Shown here: positions 52,150 to 64,000 of the stretch, piece after piece
Position numbering within the stretch: position 1 is the first letter of the stretch
Layout of the letters: each line of letters opens with the position of its first letter
Source: Octopus bimaculoides
Taxonomy: Eukaryota
Assembly (NCBI RefSeq): GCF_001194135.2
Contig: NC_068992.1
Span: forward strand, 12,387,089-12,451,088
Length of the DNA stretch: 64,000 nt
Direction: 5' to 3'
Translations under genes and position numbers: made by a program
Notes under the pieces: model-generated
Told to the model about the DNA's origin: nothing
Seen by the model: the letters and a program-made list of their open reading frames with translations, nothing else
Database searches by the model: none

Positions 52150-53510
52150 TGTGTGTGTGTGTGATGTGTGTGTATGTTTGTCTGTGTGTGTGTATTTTCA
52201 TAATGAAATAAAATTCCGACAATTGTATTCGGGTGCAGCTACAGTAATATATGTCTCGGTCGTATTACACTTTTTCATCGCACCCAGTTCGAAGAAGCTC
52301 GATCAGCTGATTGGAGTTTCTACACAGGAAATGCTTTTTCTTAAGCAGTATTTCTCATAATAAGTATGTCCCCCAGTATATAACTGAAATAAACGTAAGA
52401 AATTGTTTTACAGAAACCATTTAGGAATTGAGGAAGAAAAGCACAAGAACGGGAGATAATCTTGAGAAACTAAAATTTATTTGTAAAATGTATTATACTT
52501 CCTTAATTATTTGAAACTATCTCCTCCTTCTCTTTCTTTTAAGCCGTGAAAAATATTCATTGGATACATATTTTGTTCATTTTTTTATGTAGAAGCTATC
52601 TTACATTTCTTTAATAATTACTTACGTGTGTCATTCAATTGCACAACAAATATTTTATCATTTCATAATCCATCGCATCAGTTGGAAACAACATATTACT
52701 TTCCGTCACATTACGTGCTATGAATTACAGCAATATTTGTATTTTAACAACTTCGTAAAGTTATTCATTTTCTTACTTCTGAACAGTTCAAATACACGAA
52801 CCAAAAACTACAAGCAATCACACACACATAAAAATGCTTGCATTATCCATACACACACATACGCACATTTATTCAGAAGAACTTTTGATGTTAGTAAGAA
52901 ATATACAGAAATTATTGTGGCATACTGGAATGAAAGTAAATTTTATACGAATATTATTAAGAAGGAAATGTGAATATTTAAGTCCGGACATTGAATCAAT
53001 GGAAGATAGTTGAACATTCGGTAAAATGTCACTGCTTCCAATCCTTCTCGTAAATCAATGGTACACCGAATATTTATTGCATCGAAGTTCAAAGTTTCCC
53101 AATATAATAATGAAATTAATTTTAACTTATGGCTTGTTCGTTAGTATAATATTTCGAATTAATTCGATTTACTAAATGGCTCTACTCGTTAAATTTTGCT
53201 AATATTTCGTGTCTCTCTTCTGTTTCTCTGTTTTCTCCTTCACCTGTTTACGTAAATATGTGTAGTTTGTTGTATGTTACATTTGACTGTATATATCTAC
53301 TCACGTGCGTGTTGTTCATGTGTGCAGGTATGTTTGTATATGCTATGTGAAGGGGAGAGAAGAGAAAGTGTGCTTGAAGTTGCCTGCATTTAGAGCATAC
53401 TTGTGAATATACTAGCGGAATCTTTACCAAATGAATGGCGGCATTACAAAGTATTATATAACCATTATGTTGAAACGAGCCTGTAAAGCATAAGCAGTGT
53501 GTTGGAACAT

Positions 53511-53572
53511 AGGCGCAGGCGTGGCTGTGTGGTTAGAAGCTTGCTTCCCTACCACATGGTTCCGGGTTCAGT
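53511..53572 (+). mobile_element. SINE family B tRNA-like head only
   Basis: AGGCGCAGGCGTGGCTGTGTGGTTAGAAGCTTGCTTCCCTACCACATGGTTCCGGGTTCAGT; homology stops at the B box. Confidence 0.85.
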
Positions 53573-53580
53573 TGCAATGA

Positions 53581-54005
53581 ATGATGGATTACGAAAACAT
53601 GAGCTCGGAGGAGATGACACCACGAGAAGAACAACTGTTGAGAAGCACCAACAATATCGACAGACAAATGAAAGGAAGGAAGGATTTTGCGGCTGTGGTT
53701 GGAGGTTCGAATAGCACGGATAGCGAGAAAAATAGTTTTGCAACAAAACTGCACTCACCCCGTAGACACTCTCGTCCTGCCCACCAAACGACGCTCCTGG
53801 TCCGTTGAATAGCAAAATTACTCGAATATCGCACTTTGACAATTCCATTTCAGATGATTGTAACAACGATGAAAATAATATCAATGATAATTTACTGATG
53901 CATTTGGGCAAGTCCATGTCTGAATTATCAGACAATTTCAAAAAAATGTTTAAAAACAATTTCAAACACTGCAAGAGTTCGGTACAAATTCTTCACTCAA
54001 CCTGA
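53581..54005 (+). pseudogene. Frameshifted ~140-codon coding-like segment (possible LINE ORF1 N-terminus or retrocopy)
   Basis: Overlapping ORFs 53581-53808 and 53805-54005 in non-repetitive sequence. The RKDFAAVVGG motif recalls (S/T)YAAVV in LINE ORF1 proteins. Confidence 0.25.
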
Positions 54006-54479
54006 TATATATTTCATAAACAAGTACGCTAGTCAGGGAGAGAATGAGAAAAAAAAAAAAAACAGACGAAAGACACGAAGAAGACTGAAGCGAAATACGG
54101 AACGAGAAGAAAGTAACGAAAAACTAATTAAGAAAACTAATTAAATTTATGCGTGTGTGTGTGCTTTTGTTTGTGTTTGTCTGTGTGTCTGTCTGTGTGT
54201 GTTTGTGTGTGTGTCTGTCTGTCTATGTGCTTCTCTCTGTGTGTGTGTGTGTGTGTGTGTATGTATTTTTGTATGTAAGCATGTATGCGTATCGATGGAT
54301 AAATTTTAAGAATGAGTGATCGAGTTCTGCAAAGTATCGGCGTTACATACACGTTCATAGACTCAACGCCCCCCACGCACACAGACACAGGCACATGCAC
54401 ATATATACATACGTATTTGTCTGTGTGTGTGTGCACGTGTGTGTGTAAGGGTGCGTGACCTAGTAGTGAAGGTATCGCA

Positions 54480-54720
54480 CCCTCGGTCACTAGATTTTGG
54501 GTTCAGTTCCCGGACCAGGATACGTGTTGTGTTCCAGAGCAAAACACATTCCCTCTCACGTTGCTCGGCGGTCATTTCGACATCTAGCATATGACGCGCT
54601 TGTCCACCTATAGAGTAGGCAATATCGATTTTGGATGGAGGGAGTGAGCTAATGTACAGCACATGCAAATAAATCATCTCTGCAGGTCGTATAGCAAAAA
54701 CTGAACATTCATCCGTTCAG
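54480..54720 (+). mobile_element. SINE family C
   Basis: GGGTTCAGTTCCCGGACC (B box), then GTGTTGTGTTCCAGAGCAAAACACATT...CTCACGTTGCTC. Confidence 0.62.
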
Positions 54721-54954
54721 AGAGAGATTCATAGATACATATATACATACTCACATACACACGCACACACATACATACATACACACACATACATGCCTGC
54801 ATACATACATACATACATACATACATACATACATACATAGTGTCCCTGTTCCCGGATTTTATTTATCTTGTTTGCGTACTTTACACAGTTTTTCTTTTAC
54901 CCACCTATGTGCTGTTCAAGTCTGAATGCAGCTTTGCGGAAAATACAGGAATTT

Positions 54955-54956
54955 TA

Positions 54957-54993
<37 letters not shown>

Positions 54994-55034
54994 CATTATT
55001 ATTATTATTATTATTATTATCATTATTATTATTA

Positions 55035-55088
<54 letters not shown>
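54955..55088. repeat. (TTA)n microsatellite
   Basis: Read directly; explains the poly-Y/I/L ORFs. Confidence 0.98.
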
Positions 55089-55090
<2 letters not shown>

Positions 55091-57028
55091 ATCATTACCA
55101 TCATCATCATCAGCAGCAACAACGTCATTACCATTATTTATATTACTAATATATATATTTTTTTGTTCCTGCCTTCGTCGTTGTCGTTGCTGCAGTTGTA
55201 TATTATTAATGCCTTTATTATTCGAAATACATCGGCAATTTCACCAACACCATAAAATGTTTTATAATCACCGATGGATGTTGTTCAATTCCCACAAAAT
55301 CAGTTGTTACTCATATACTCACCCTAAATTTCAACAATGAAATACTTTTCAAACAATATCAATATAACTTTCTACTGAATATTCATGTTGTATGTTCACA
55401 CGAATTCTTACAGCTATTACCCAATCTCGTCTTTTTCCATCCGAAAATGGCAAAACTGATTGGAATATGATAAAGCAAATAACAGATAAATAAAGATATA
55501 AAAACATAAACTAATGTACAAAGAAAAGACAAAGAACATAAGTTATTGTAATATTTTTCAGTTTTGAATAAGCTAATCGATAAATAACAAAGGTAAAAAA
55601 ATTCGGGAAGAGAAAAAAGGAATTATTCCGAATCCATATTTTCACAGAATGAGCGAGAGAAAGAATTTTGAAAAAATAGTGGAAAAACAGGCAGACAGAC
55701 AGAATGAGCAAGGGAGAGGGAGAAATGAGAAAGCGAGAAAGAAATATACAGAGATAAAAAAATATATGTAGGAAGGGCTAGGAATTATGAGAGAGGGAAT
55801 CGGAGAATGGGAGATACAAACAGAGAGAGATATACAGAGATAGAGAGGTAGATAGAAAGGGATAGTGAAAACAAATATATACTGTGAATATGGCAAGATC
55901 GAACGATCGAGCGAAAGAAACAATCGCGGCAGATCATATTTCACGATGTTTGTTTACACAACGGGGTAGATTCGTAATATCAAAACATTGATTTGGTTGT
56001 GTAGGTAGAGTTCATTGGATCTGTATTTAAAAGCCATCATATATTCTTTGCTGCTTTCTCCCAACGTGCTGCTTACAATCAATAACAGGCCTTCGTTCTA
56101 TCGTGACAAATACGGTCATTTTTCATGGAGCTAGCAAAAACTGTTACCACTACAATCAATGCATCAATGTACGCATTTTGTTGTATTTTTTTCTTAGTGT
56201 CTGTGTTTTTTTTTCTTTTTCAGTTATTATTACATGTTATTATTTGTTGATAACTTTTTGATTGTTATCTAATTTTTTTCTGTTTCTTTTCTTTATCTTT
56301 CCTTTTTTTATTTTACATTTCGCTTTCACACATGTGTTGCCAACCAAATCAGAAAGCGAATGAAAGTTTTAATGCATCATTACACAAGAATATTTGTGAT
56401 GGCTTCTGCATAAAGAATAGATATTCCATAGAGAAAAATTCAACATATTTCTCTGCCTGATGTAGTCTCCAAGAAAAAAAAAATATATATGCTTACATAT
56501 TTGAAAAGAATTCGAGAGAAGGCATCAACATCGCAATGGTAGGCGTAATAGTAAATATAGTACGGTAAATATAATAACAATTGTGCATATATATGTATGT
56601 CTTTGTACGTGTATATATACGAATGTGTATGTGTGTATGAATATGTATACGTTCATACACATTTACACAAATATATGTATATATATATANNNNNNNNNNN
56701 NNNNNNNNNNNNNNNNNNNNNNNNNNNNNNNNNNNNNNNNNNNNNNNNNNNNNNNNNNNNNNNNNNNNNNNNNNNNNNNNNNNNNNNNNNNNNNNNNNNN
56801 NNNNNNNNNNNNNNNNNNNNNNNNNNNNNNNNNNNNNNNNNNNNNNNNNNNNNNNNNNNNNNNNNNNNNNNNNNNNNNNNNNNNNNNNNNNNNNNNNNNN
56901 NNNNNNNNNNNNNNNNNNNNNNNNNNNNNNNNNNNNNNNNNNNNNNNNNNNNNNNNNNNNNNNNNNNNNNNNNNNTACATATATATACATATATGTCTAT
57001 ATATATACGCATTCACATATGTCTATAT

Positions 57029-57081
<53 letters not shown>

Positions 57082-59170
57082 CATACATACATACATATAT
57101 ATACATATATATTTATATATATATATATACACTTATATGTATCAAGTTATAGATGAATATATATTTAGTGTGCGTGTGATTGTGTGTGAGTTTGTGTCTG
57201 TGTGCGTGCGTGTGTATGTCTGTGTCTGTGAGTGTGTGAACACTTTTCATTCCCCGCTGCGAAATATTTTGTATATCAAACTGTTCAAGAATATTTCTTT
57301 AGTCATATGAAGTCTGCCTCTTATTATTTATGTATTTATATTTTCGACAAGGTTGAAATAACTTCGAAGAAAAGAAAATGGTTCACAATTTAGAGTTCCA
57401 TTTCTCAAATTCATTCAGAACAGCAATCCGAAATTCCTATGGATATAACACCGCATCCTGTCACATTTTATGATCCTCATACTTTGATAATGAAGTATGG
57501 TTAAGTCTATTGAAATGTTCAATGGAATAAAAGAAGGACAACATACGCTCTGTACAATATTCAATGGGTTACATTATTAAATCGCATTCAAAATAATATA
57601 CAGATGGTTCTATGTATTTATGAATATAAGTATGCATGTATATATGTCTACGGGAGGGAGTGTCTCTCTCTTTCTTTCTCTGTTTGTAGTATGTATGCAA
57701 ATATGCAAGTATATATGTCAATGCCGTATTTGTATATACACACATACGCACAGACATATATGTACATGTATCTCAACGTTATGTATATCCATTGGTATGA
57801 CTCTTTTTGCAGGGTATCTTAACAAAGCGCTATGTTTGCACTATTGCTCGATTATTATATCAGATGTTGGATTTTATGGAAGACAGCAGAAATAAACTGA
57901 AGTATAGACAGTCGGAGAGACAAGCAGACAGATATATTGCAAAAAATCAGGTCTTCAAATGTCAAACCCAGACTTCGAAAGGACGCCCAAATTATTCTTG
58001 AGGTGTTTCAGAATAAATAACAGGGAGAAGCTGTTTTATTGAAACAAAATTCGTATTCTGATTATCTATTTGTGTATGAAGTTCTGCATTAAGCTTTTTC
58101 TATACAAAATAATGTGAGGGTCGCCAAAGTGTTTCACAAAGTGTAAACAACAAAACCCTAGCTGTATNNNNNNNNNNNNNNNNNNNNNNNNNNNNNNNNN
58201 NNNNNNNNNNNNNNNNNNNNNNNNNNNNNNNNNNNNNNNNNNNNNNNNNNNNNNNNNNNNNNNNNNNNNNNNNNNNNNNNNNNNNNNNNNNNNNNNNNNN
58301 NNNNNNNNNNNNNNNNNNNNNNNNNNNNNNNNNNNNNNNNNNNNNNNNNNNNNNNNNNNNNNNNNNNNNNNNNNNNNNNNNNNNNNNNNNNNNNNNNNNN
58401 NNNNNNNNNNNNNNNNNNNNNNNNNNNNNNNNNNNNNNNNNNNNNNNNNNNNNNNNNNNNNNNNNNNNNNNNNNNNNNNNNNNNNNNNNNNNNNNNNNNN
58501 NNNNNNNNNNNNNNNNNNNNNNNNNNNNNNNNNNNNNNNNNNNNNNNNNNNNNNNNNNNNNNNNNNNNNNNNNNNNNNNNNNNNNNNNNNNNNNNNNNNN
58601 NNNNNNNNNNNNNNNNNNNNNNNNNNNNNNNNNNNNNNNNNNNNNNNNNNNNNNNNNNNNNNNNNNNNNNNNNNNNNNNNNNNNNNNNNNNNNNNNNNNN
58701 NNNNNNNNNNNNNNNNNNNNNNNNNNNNNNNNNNNNNNNNNNNNNNNNNNNNNNNNNNNNNNNNNNNNNNNNNNNNNNNNNNNNNNNNNNNNNNNNNNNN
58801 NNNNNNNNNNNNNNNNNNNNNNNNNNNNNNNNNNNNNNNNNNNNNNNNNNNNNNNNNNNNNNNNNNNNNNNNNNNNNNNNNNNNNNNNNNNNNNNNNNNN
58901 NNNNNNNNNNNNNNNNNNNNNNNNNNNNNNNNNNNNNNNNNNNNNNNNNNNNNNNNNNNNNNNNNNNNNNNNNNNNNNNNNNNNNNNNNNNNNNNNNNNN
59001 NNNNNNNNNNNNNNNNNNNNNNNNNNNNNNNNNNNNNNNNNNNNNNNNNNNNNNNNNNNNNNNNNNNNNNNNNNNNNNNNNNNNNNNNNNNNNNNNNNNN
59101 NNNNNNNNNNNGGGAATTTATACTCCATGAAAACCGGGAATCCGGCCCTTATGAGTCGGTATGATTCGGA

Positions 59171-59189
<19 letters not shown>

Positions 59190-59207
<18 letters not shown>

Positions 59208-59360
59208 AATATATGAGTATATGCATATATATGTACATGTATGTATATACGTTCATCTACATGTACATATAGATACATAACTGGATACATGACGTGGCAA
59301 AAGAACAAGGACAAAATGGTAAACAAGGTGCAACAAACAAGCAGGCCACATAGAAACATC
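59190..59360 (-). mobile_element. Possible Penelope-like pseudo-LTR fragment
   Basis: T-rich minus-strand segment ATGTGGCCTGCTTGTTTGTTGCACCTTGTTTACCATTTTGTCC ending in AT-rich microsatellite. It resembles cephalopod PLE termini from memory only. Confidence 0.3.
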
Positions 59361-59364
59361 CGTG

Positions 59365-59402
59365 TGTGTGCGTGTTCGACGGGCTTCCATTCAGTTTCCG
59401 TG
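59365..59402 (-). mobile_element. SINE family B small fragment
   Basis: CGACGGGCTTCCATTCAGTTTCCGT matches CGACGGGCTTCTTTGAGATTCCGT at 60535-60560. Confidence 0.5.
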
Positions 59403-59989
59403 AATTAGGTTCAATAACAGCGAAGTCACGTGCCTGAGCGTGGCTTAAATTTAGAAGACGCTTGTATAATCTATGAAAAATTCAAAAGGAATCTGAAAGC
59501 AAATGGTTGCAAAACGTGATTTTTAACTGCATAATCAACTACCCATTAATAAAAGATATCGTTGTTTAATATAAAGCATAGTACTTCTCGAATATTCCCA
59601 CCAGCTTCGTTTATTTCGACGGTGACGATTTAAAACAAAACTTTGCCACAATCGTTTAGTTCTGTCTGATCGTCCATTTCATTTCATTTTTTTTCCAAAT
59701 GCATTTATGAATTATACACAATTTAAAGAAAAAAATTATAATTTTGGTTTCAGTTCATTCGTATCGTAACTATAATTGTCCATCAGCTGTACATTTGCGA
59801 TAGGAAGCGATCGAAATATACGTCTACAGATAATGGATAAACTTAACTTCAGTATTGAATGCATAATTTTATCTGGTTTTGAAATTCCATATTATGCTAA
59901 TCACTGAGTGGCATATAGTTGTAAAATTTAAATATTTAGAATACTAAACATTTAATAGATTGAATTCTTTACCCTATATTTGCGAAATC

Positions 59990-60160
59990 TCGTTGATTAC
60001 ATGGATCCCAGTACCTGAGTGATACTTATTTTATTGACCCCTGAAGAATGGAAGGCAGAATCAATCATGGCAGTATTTGAACTCTAAACACACCACCAGA
60101 ATAAACGTCGCTAAGTATTTTCTCTGACGTGCTTAACGATTTTGCCAGATTACCGACTTA
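59990..60160 (-). mobile_element. SINE family A (diverged)
   Basis: GATACTTATTTTATTGACCCC...GAAGGCAGAATCAATCATGGCAGTATTTGAACTC...GATTTTGCCAG. Confidence 0.72.
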
Positions 60161-60169
60161 CACTCTTCT

Positions 60170-60692
60170 TCTGTTCTTCTACTTGTTTCAGTTATTTGAC
60201 TGTGTCCATGCTGGAGCACCAGCTTTAGTCGAACAATTTGACTCCAGGACTTATTCTATGAAAGCCTAGTACTTATTCTATTGGTTTCTTTTGCCGAACA
60301 GCTAAGTTACGAAGACGTAAACAACGGCTGTCAAACGATGGTTGGGGGATAAACAGAGACACACACAAATATATTCATATGAATATATATGTATATATAT
60401 ATATATGTATGTATATATNNNNNNNNNNNNNNNNNNNNNNNNNNNNNNNNNNNNNNNNNNNNNNNNNNNNNNNNNNNNNNNNNNNNNNNNNNNNNNNNNN
60501 NNNNNNNNNNNNNNNNNNNATATATATATAGTTACGACGGGCTTCTTTGAGATTCCGTCTGCCAAAGGCACTCACAAGGCTTTGGTCGGCCCGAAGCTAT
60601 AGTAGAAGACTCTTGCCAAAGGTGCCATGCATTGGGGCTGATCCCATGTGTTTGGGAGGCAAGACTCTTATCACACAGACATACCTGTGCCT
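60170..60692 (-). mobile_element. SINE family B, near full length, with internal microsatellite and gap
   Basis: Tail TTGTTTCAGTTATTTGACTGTGTCCATGCTGGAGCACC at 60183; head end ATCACACAGACATACCTGTGCCT at 60670-60692 is the reverse complement of AGGCGCAGG... Confidence 0.85.
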
Positions 60693-60739
60693 ATTGTATT
60701 TTATGTATTTGTATTTGTATACTTATTTATTTCTTTGTT

Positions 60740-60950
60740 TCAAATTTTGTCACACGGCCTGCAATTTCGAAGGAGGGCATAAATCAACTACATCAACCAG
60801 AGTCCACAACTGGTACTTGTTTTATTGACTCCGAAAAGATGAAAGGCAAAGTCGACCTTGGCGCAGAATTTGAACACAGAACGTAAAGACGGGCGAAATA
60901 CCAGTAAAGAATTTTGCCTGGCACACTAACGACTCTGCCTGCTCGCCGCT
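60740..60950 (-). mobile_element. SINE family A, near full length
   Basis: GATGAAAGGCAAAGTCGACCTTGGCGCAGAATTTGAAC...GACTCTGCCTGCTCGCC. Confidence 0.87.
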
Positions 60951-61225
60951 TTGCGTGTTAGCCCGCCGTTGGTCAGGTCCTGTACATGTGAACCTTATGC
61001 GGCACTCTCTATAAGACCTGGGAAGATCTGTATTCCCATACCACCGTTAAGTAGATTATTGGATCTTTGTCTGCCAGGACTAGACTTGGGATTTATACTG
61101 GCCAATTATTCTACCACTCTCCAGTTCACAAGGCAACGTGAAATGAAGTGTTTTGTTCAAGAACATAACTCTTTGCCCGGTCCGAGAATCGAACCCGCAA
61201 TCACTGGATTGTGAGCACAACTCTC
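60951..61225 (-). mobile_element. SINE family C
   Basis: CAACGTGAAATGAAGTGTTTTGTTCAAGAACA...CCCGGTCCGAGAATCGAACCC (reverse complement of the B box). Confidence 0.72.
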
Positions 61226-63495
61226 TTCTTATTCGAATTATCTTTTTCGTAATACGTCCACTATCTGATTATGCTGGTTTCATCTTCTCCGTGCAAAACT
61301 TCACTAATTTAATGAAGTACCCACAGAAAAAAAAAAAACACGCTAGAAACGTCTAAATATTGTGGAAGCGACAGGCTGGTTGACAGATATATCTGCTCGC
61401 TTCTCTGCTCGATTTAATTTATTCTGTTCATCTACGCTTTACTGAAAGGTATGCAAATTTGTCGTCAGCACACTGTAAAACTGACACAGAAACATGACTG
61501 GAACTACCCGGGAGTAGTACCCATGACGTATAAATATATAGGTAACAGTAACAAAGAAAATATTACATTTAAATCGATTTTAATATTCAAAGTATTTTTT
61601 TTGTGCAGATTAGTAGAGACAAAAATATTCGTAAAACAGTAGATCCGAAAACGATTCTTTACATAAATAGTAAAGACATTTTGGAAGGTGGAATGTTGTA
61701 GGCGTACGAAAATGACTTGTCACAGAAATAACCGACTAACATCTAAATATAAGTACGTAGATCTATGTGAAAAAACAAACTAACAAGGTAGAGTGATTGT
61801 TTGTGTATGTGTGTGAACGTGTGGTTGTGTGTGTATGTATNNNNNNNNNNNNNNNNNNNNNNNNNNNNNNNNNNNNNNNNNNNNNNNNNNNNNNNNNNNN
61901 NNNNNNNNNNNNNNNNNNNNNNNNNNNNNNNNNNNNNNNNNNNNNNNNNNNNNNNNNNNNNNNNNNNNNNNNNNNNNNNNNNNNNNNNNNNNNNNNNNNN
62001 NNNNNNNNNNNNNNNNNNNNNNNNNNNNNNNNNNNNNNNNNNNNNNNNNNNNNNNNNNNNNNNNNNNNNNNNNNNNNNNNNNNNNNNNNNNNNNNNNNNN
62101 NNNNNNNNNNNNNNNNNNNNNNTACACACACATATATATATATTTGTGTATATATATATATACATACTTAGCGATATATACTTAACGTGAATGAAAAGAA
62201 ATTCAATTCAATTCCTTCACTCTTTGAGTTCGGTTCTCAATTATTTTCCCTCAAATTCATATTCCTATACATACATACATACATACATAGACCCAGATAC
62301 AAACATAAATGCATACATACATACACACACACGCATTTATATATATACATGTAAGTATTCATGCATGTATGTACGCATGTACGTATGTATGAATATGTAT
62401 GTACGCATGTATGTATGAATGTATGTATATATTTATATATCTATGTGTCTATGTATGCATGTGTTTCTGCGTATCCATTTCTGCACATAAAATGAAACAT
62501 ACGTTTGCATATTTTTTTTTTAACGCAAGCTCAAATATACGTAAGCACATTTGCAGTATATACAACAAAAGATAAAACAAAGACACACATAGACACACAA
62601 GCACTCACACATCCACACTTACTCACACACACACACGCACACGCACACACACACATACATGAAAATCCAAACGCGTGCACTCATATACACCATCTAAATA
62701 AACAGATTTTCCCCAACGTTCGTGTAACAAATGAAACGAGAGCTAACAACAGAAGTTTACCAGACACTCAGTCACTTTGTACTCCCCTGTATGGCTGTCT
62801 CCTCTGTAAGGAGTATCTATGCATATCAACTTGCATGGCTGCACACATTGGTGCATTTGAGCAAGCTCTCGTACACTTGCACTTATATATANNNNNNNNN
62901 NNNNNNNNNNNNNNNNNNNNNNNNNNNNNNNNNNNNNNNNNNNNNNNNNNNNNNNNNNNNNNNNNNNNNNNNNNNNNNNNNNNNNNNNNNNNNNNNNNNN
63001 NNNNNNNNNNNNNNNNNNNNNNNNNNNNNNNNNNNNNNNNNNNNNNNNNNNNNNNNNNNNNNNNNNNNNNNNNNNNNNNNNNNNNNNNNNNNNNNNNNNN
63101 NNNNNNNNNNNNNNNNNNNNNNNNNNNNNNNNNNNNNNNNNNNNNNNNNNNNNNNNNNNNNNNNNNNNNNNNNNNNNNNNNNNNNNNNNNNNNNNNNNNN
63201 NNNNNNNNNNNNNNNNNNNNNNNNNNNNNNNNNNNNNNNNNNNNNNNNNNNNNNNNNNNNNNNNNNNNNNNNNNNNNNNNNNNNNNNNNNNNNNNNNNNN
63301 NNNNNNNNNNNNNNNNNNNNNNNNNNNNNNNNNNNNNNNNNNNNNNNNNNNNNNNNNNNNNNNNNNNNNNNNNNNNNNNNNNNNNNNNNNNNNNNNNNNN
63401 NNNNNNNNNNNNNNNNNNNNNNNNNNNNNNNNNNNNNNNNNNNNNNNNNNNNNNNNNNNNNNNNNNNNNNNNNNNNNNNNNNNNNNNNNNNNNNN

Positions 63496-63532
<37 letters not shown>

Positions 63533-63952
63533 GTATATATGCACGTATGTATGTATGTATGTGTGTATGTATGTATGTATATGTATGCATATGTGTGCGC
63601 GCGCGTGTGTTTATGTGTGTGCATGTGTGTAATTCTGTGAGAGTTTATGTGAGTGTGTTGGTTTGTTTGCGTGATTATATTTTGGTGCGTATACAATTGT
63701 TTTACCCTTGATTACCCTGATCGTTTTCACAATCTGTCTCTGCATCACATGATCAAATTATGTCCGTTTGTCTGCCTTTTTGTGAGGCTGTAGTTGTCTT
63801 TGTTAAATTCTTACCTGATCAAAATATTCTCCCTCTGTCTCCCTCTGTCTCCCTCTCTCTCCCTCTCTCTCTCTCTTTCTCCTTCTACCAGTCTACCACA
63901 TGATATGTTCATATGCACACGTACATACGTATGCATGAGCATACATACATAG

Positions 63953-64000
<48 letters not shown>

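Larger units (their letters stand above)
2779..63496. other. About 25 scaffold gaps (N runs, roughly 11 kb in total), nearly all bordered by (TA)n/(CA)n/(TG)n
   Basis: Read directly; typical of short-read assembly breaking at microsatellites. Confidence 0.97.

Noticed and set aside
57813-57950. 138-nt candidate exon GILTKRYVCTIARLLYQMLDF...
   Set aside because: The acceptor is good but the donor is poor (GTCTTC), the 3' half is GACA-repeat-like, and there is no homology.
2640-63711. Long ORFs containing X runs or YI/CV/HT dipeptide repeats
   Set aside because: They are artefacts of N gaps and dinucleotide microsatellites.

Overview
Eukaryotic, AT-rich, repeat-dominated window with no protein-coding gene that I can support. 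The SINE, LINE and mariner families and the very high microsatellite density look like an Octopus (cephalopod) draft genome; this is inference from recognised repeat families. About 25 N-gaps total roughly 11 kb (about 17%), and nearly all are flanked by (TA)n/(CA)n. Most ORF-track entries are artefacts of microsatellites and gaps. Supported content: about 17 tRNA-derived SINE copies or fragments in three families; decayed LINE pieces (RTE x2, CR1, Dong/R4-like x2, possible Tx1/L1); a full-length dead mariner transposase; and a DD37D (maT) Tc1/mariner fragment. The most interesting signal is a dispersed set of sequence-distinct hammerhead-ribozyme-like motifs (CUGANGA-stem II-GAAA-stem III-UH) at about 5.4, 21.5, 28.35, 28.9-29.0 and 50.8 kb. 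There is also a nested inverted-repeat element at 45.2-46.8 kb. These are most consistent with relics of Penelope-like or retrozyme-like elements. All motifs have at least one defect, so self-cleavage is unproven.
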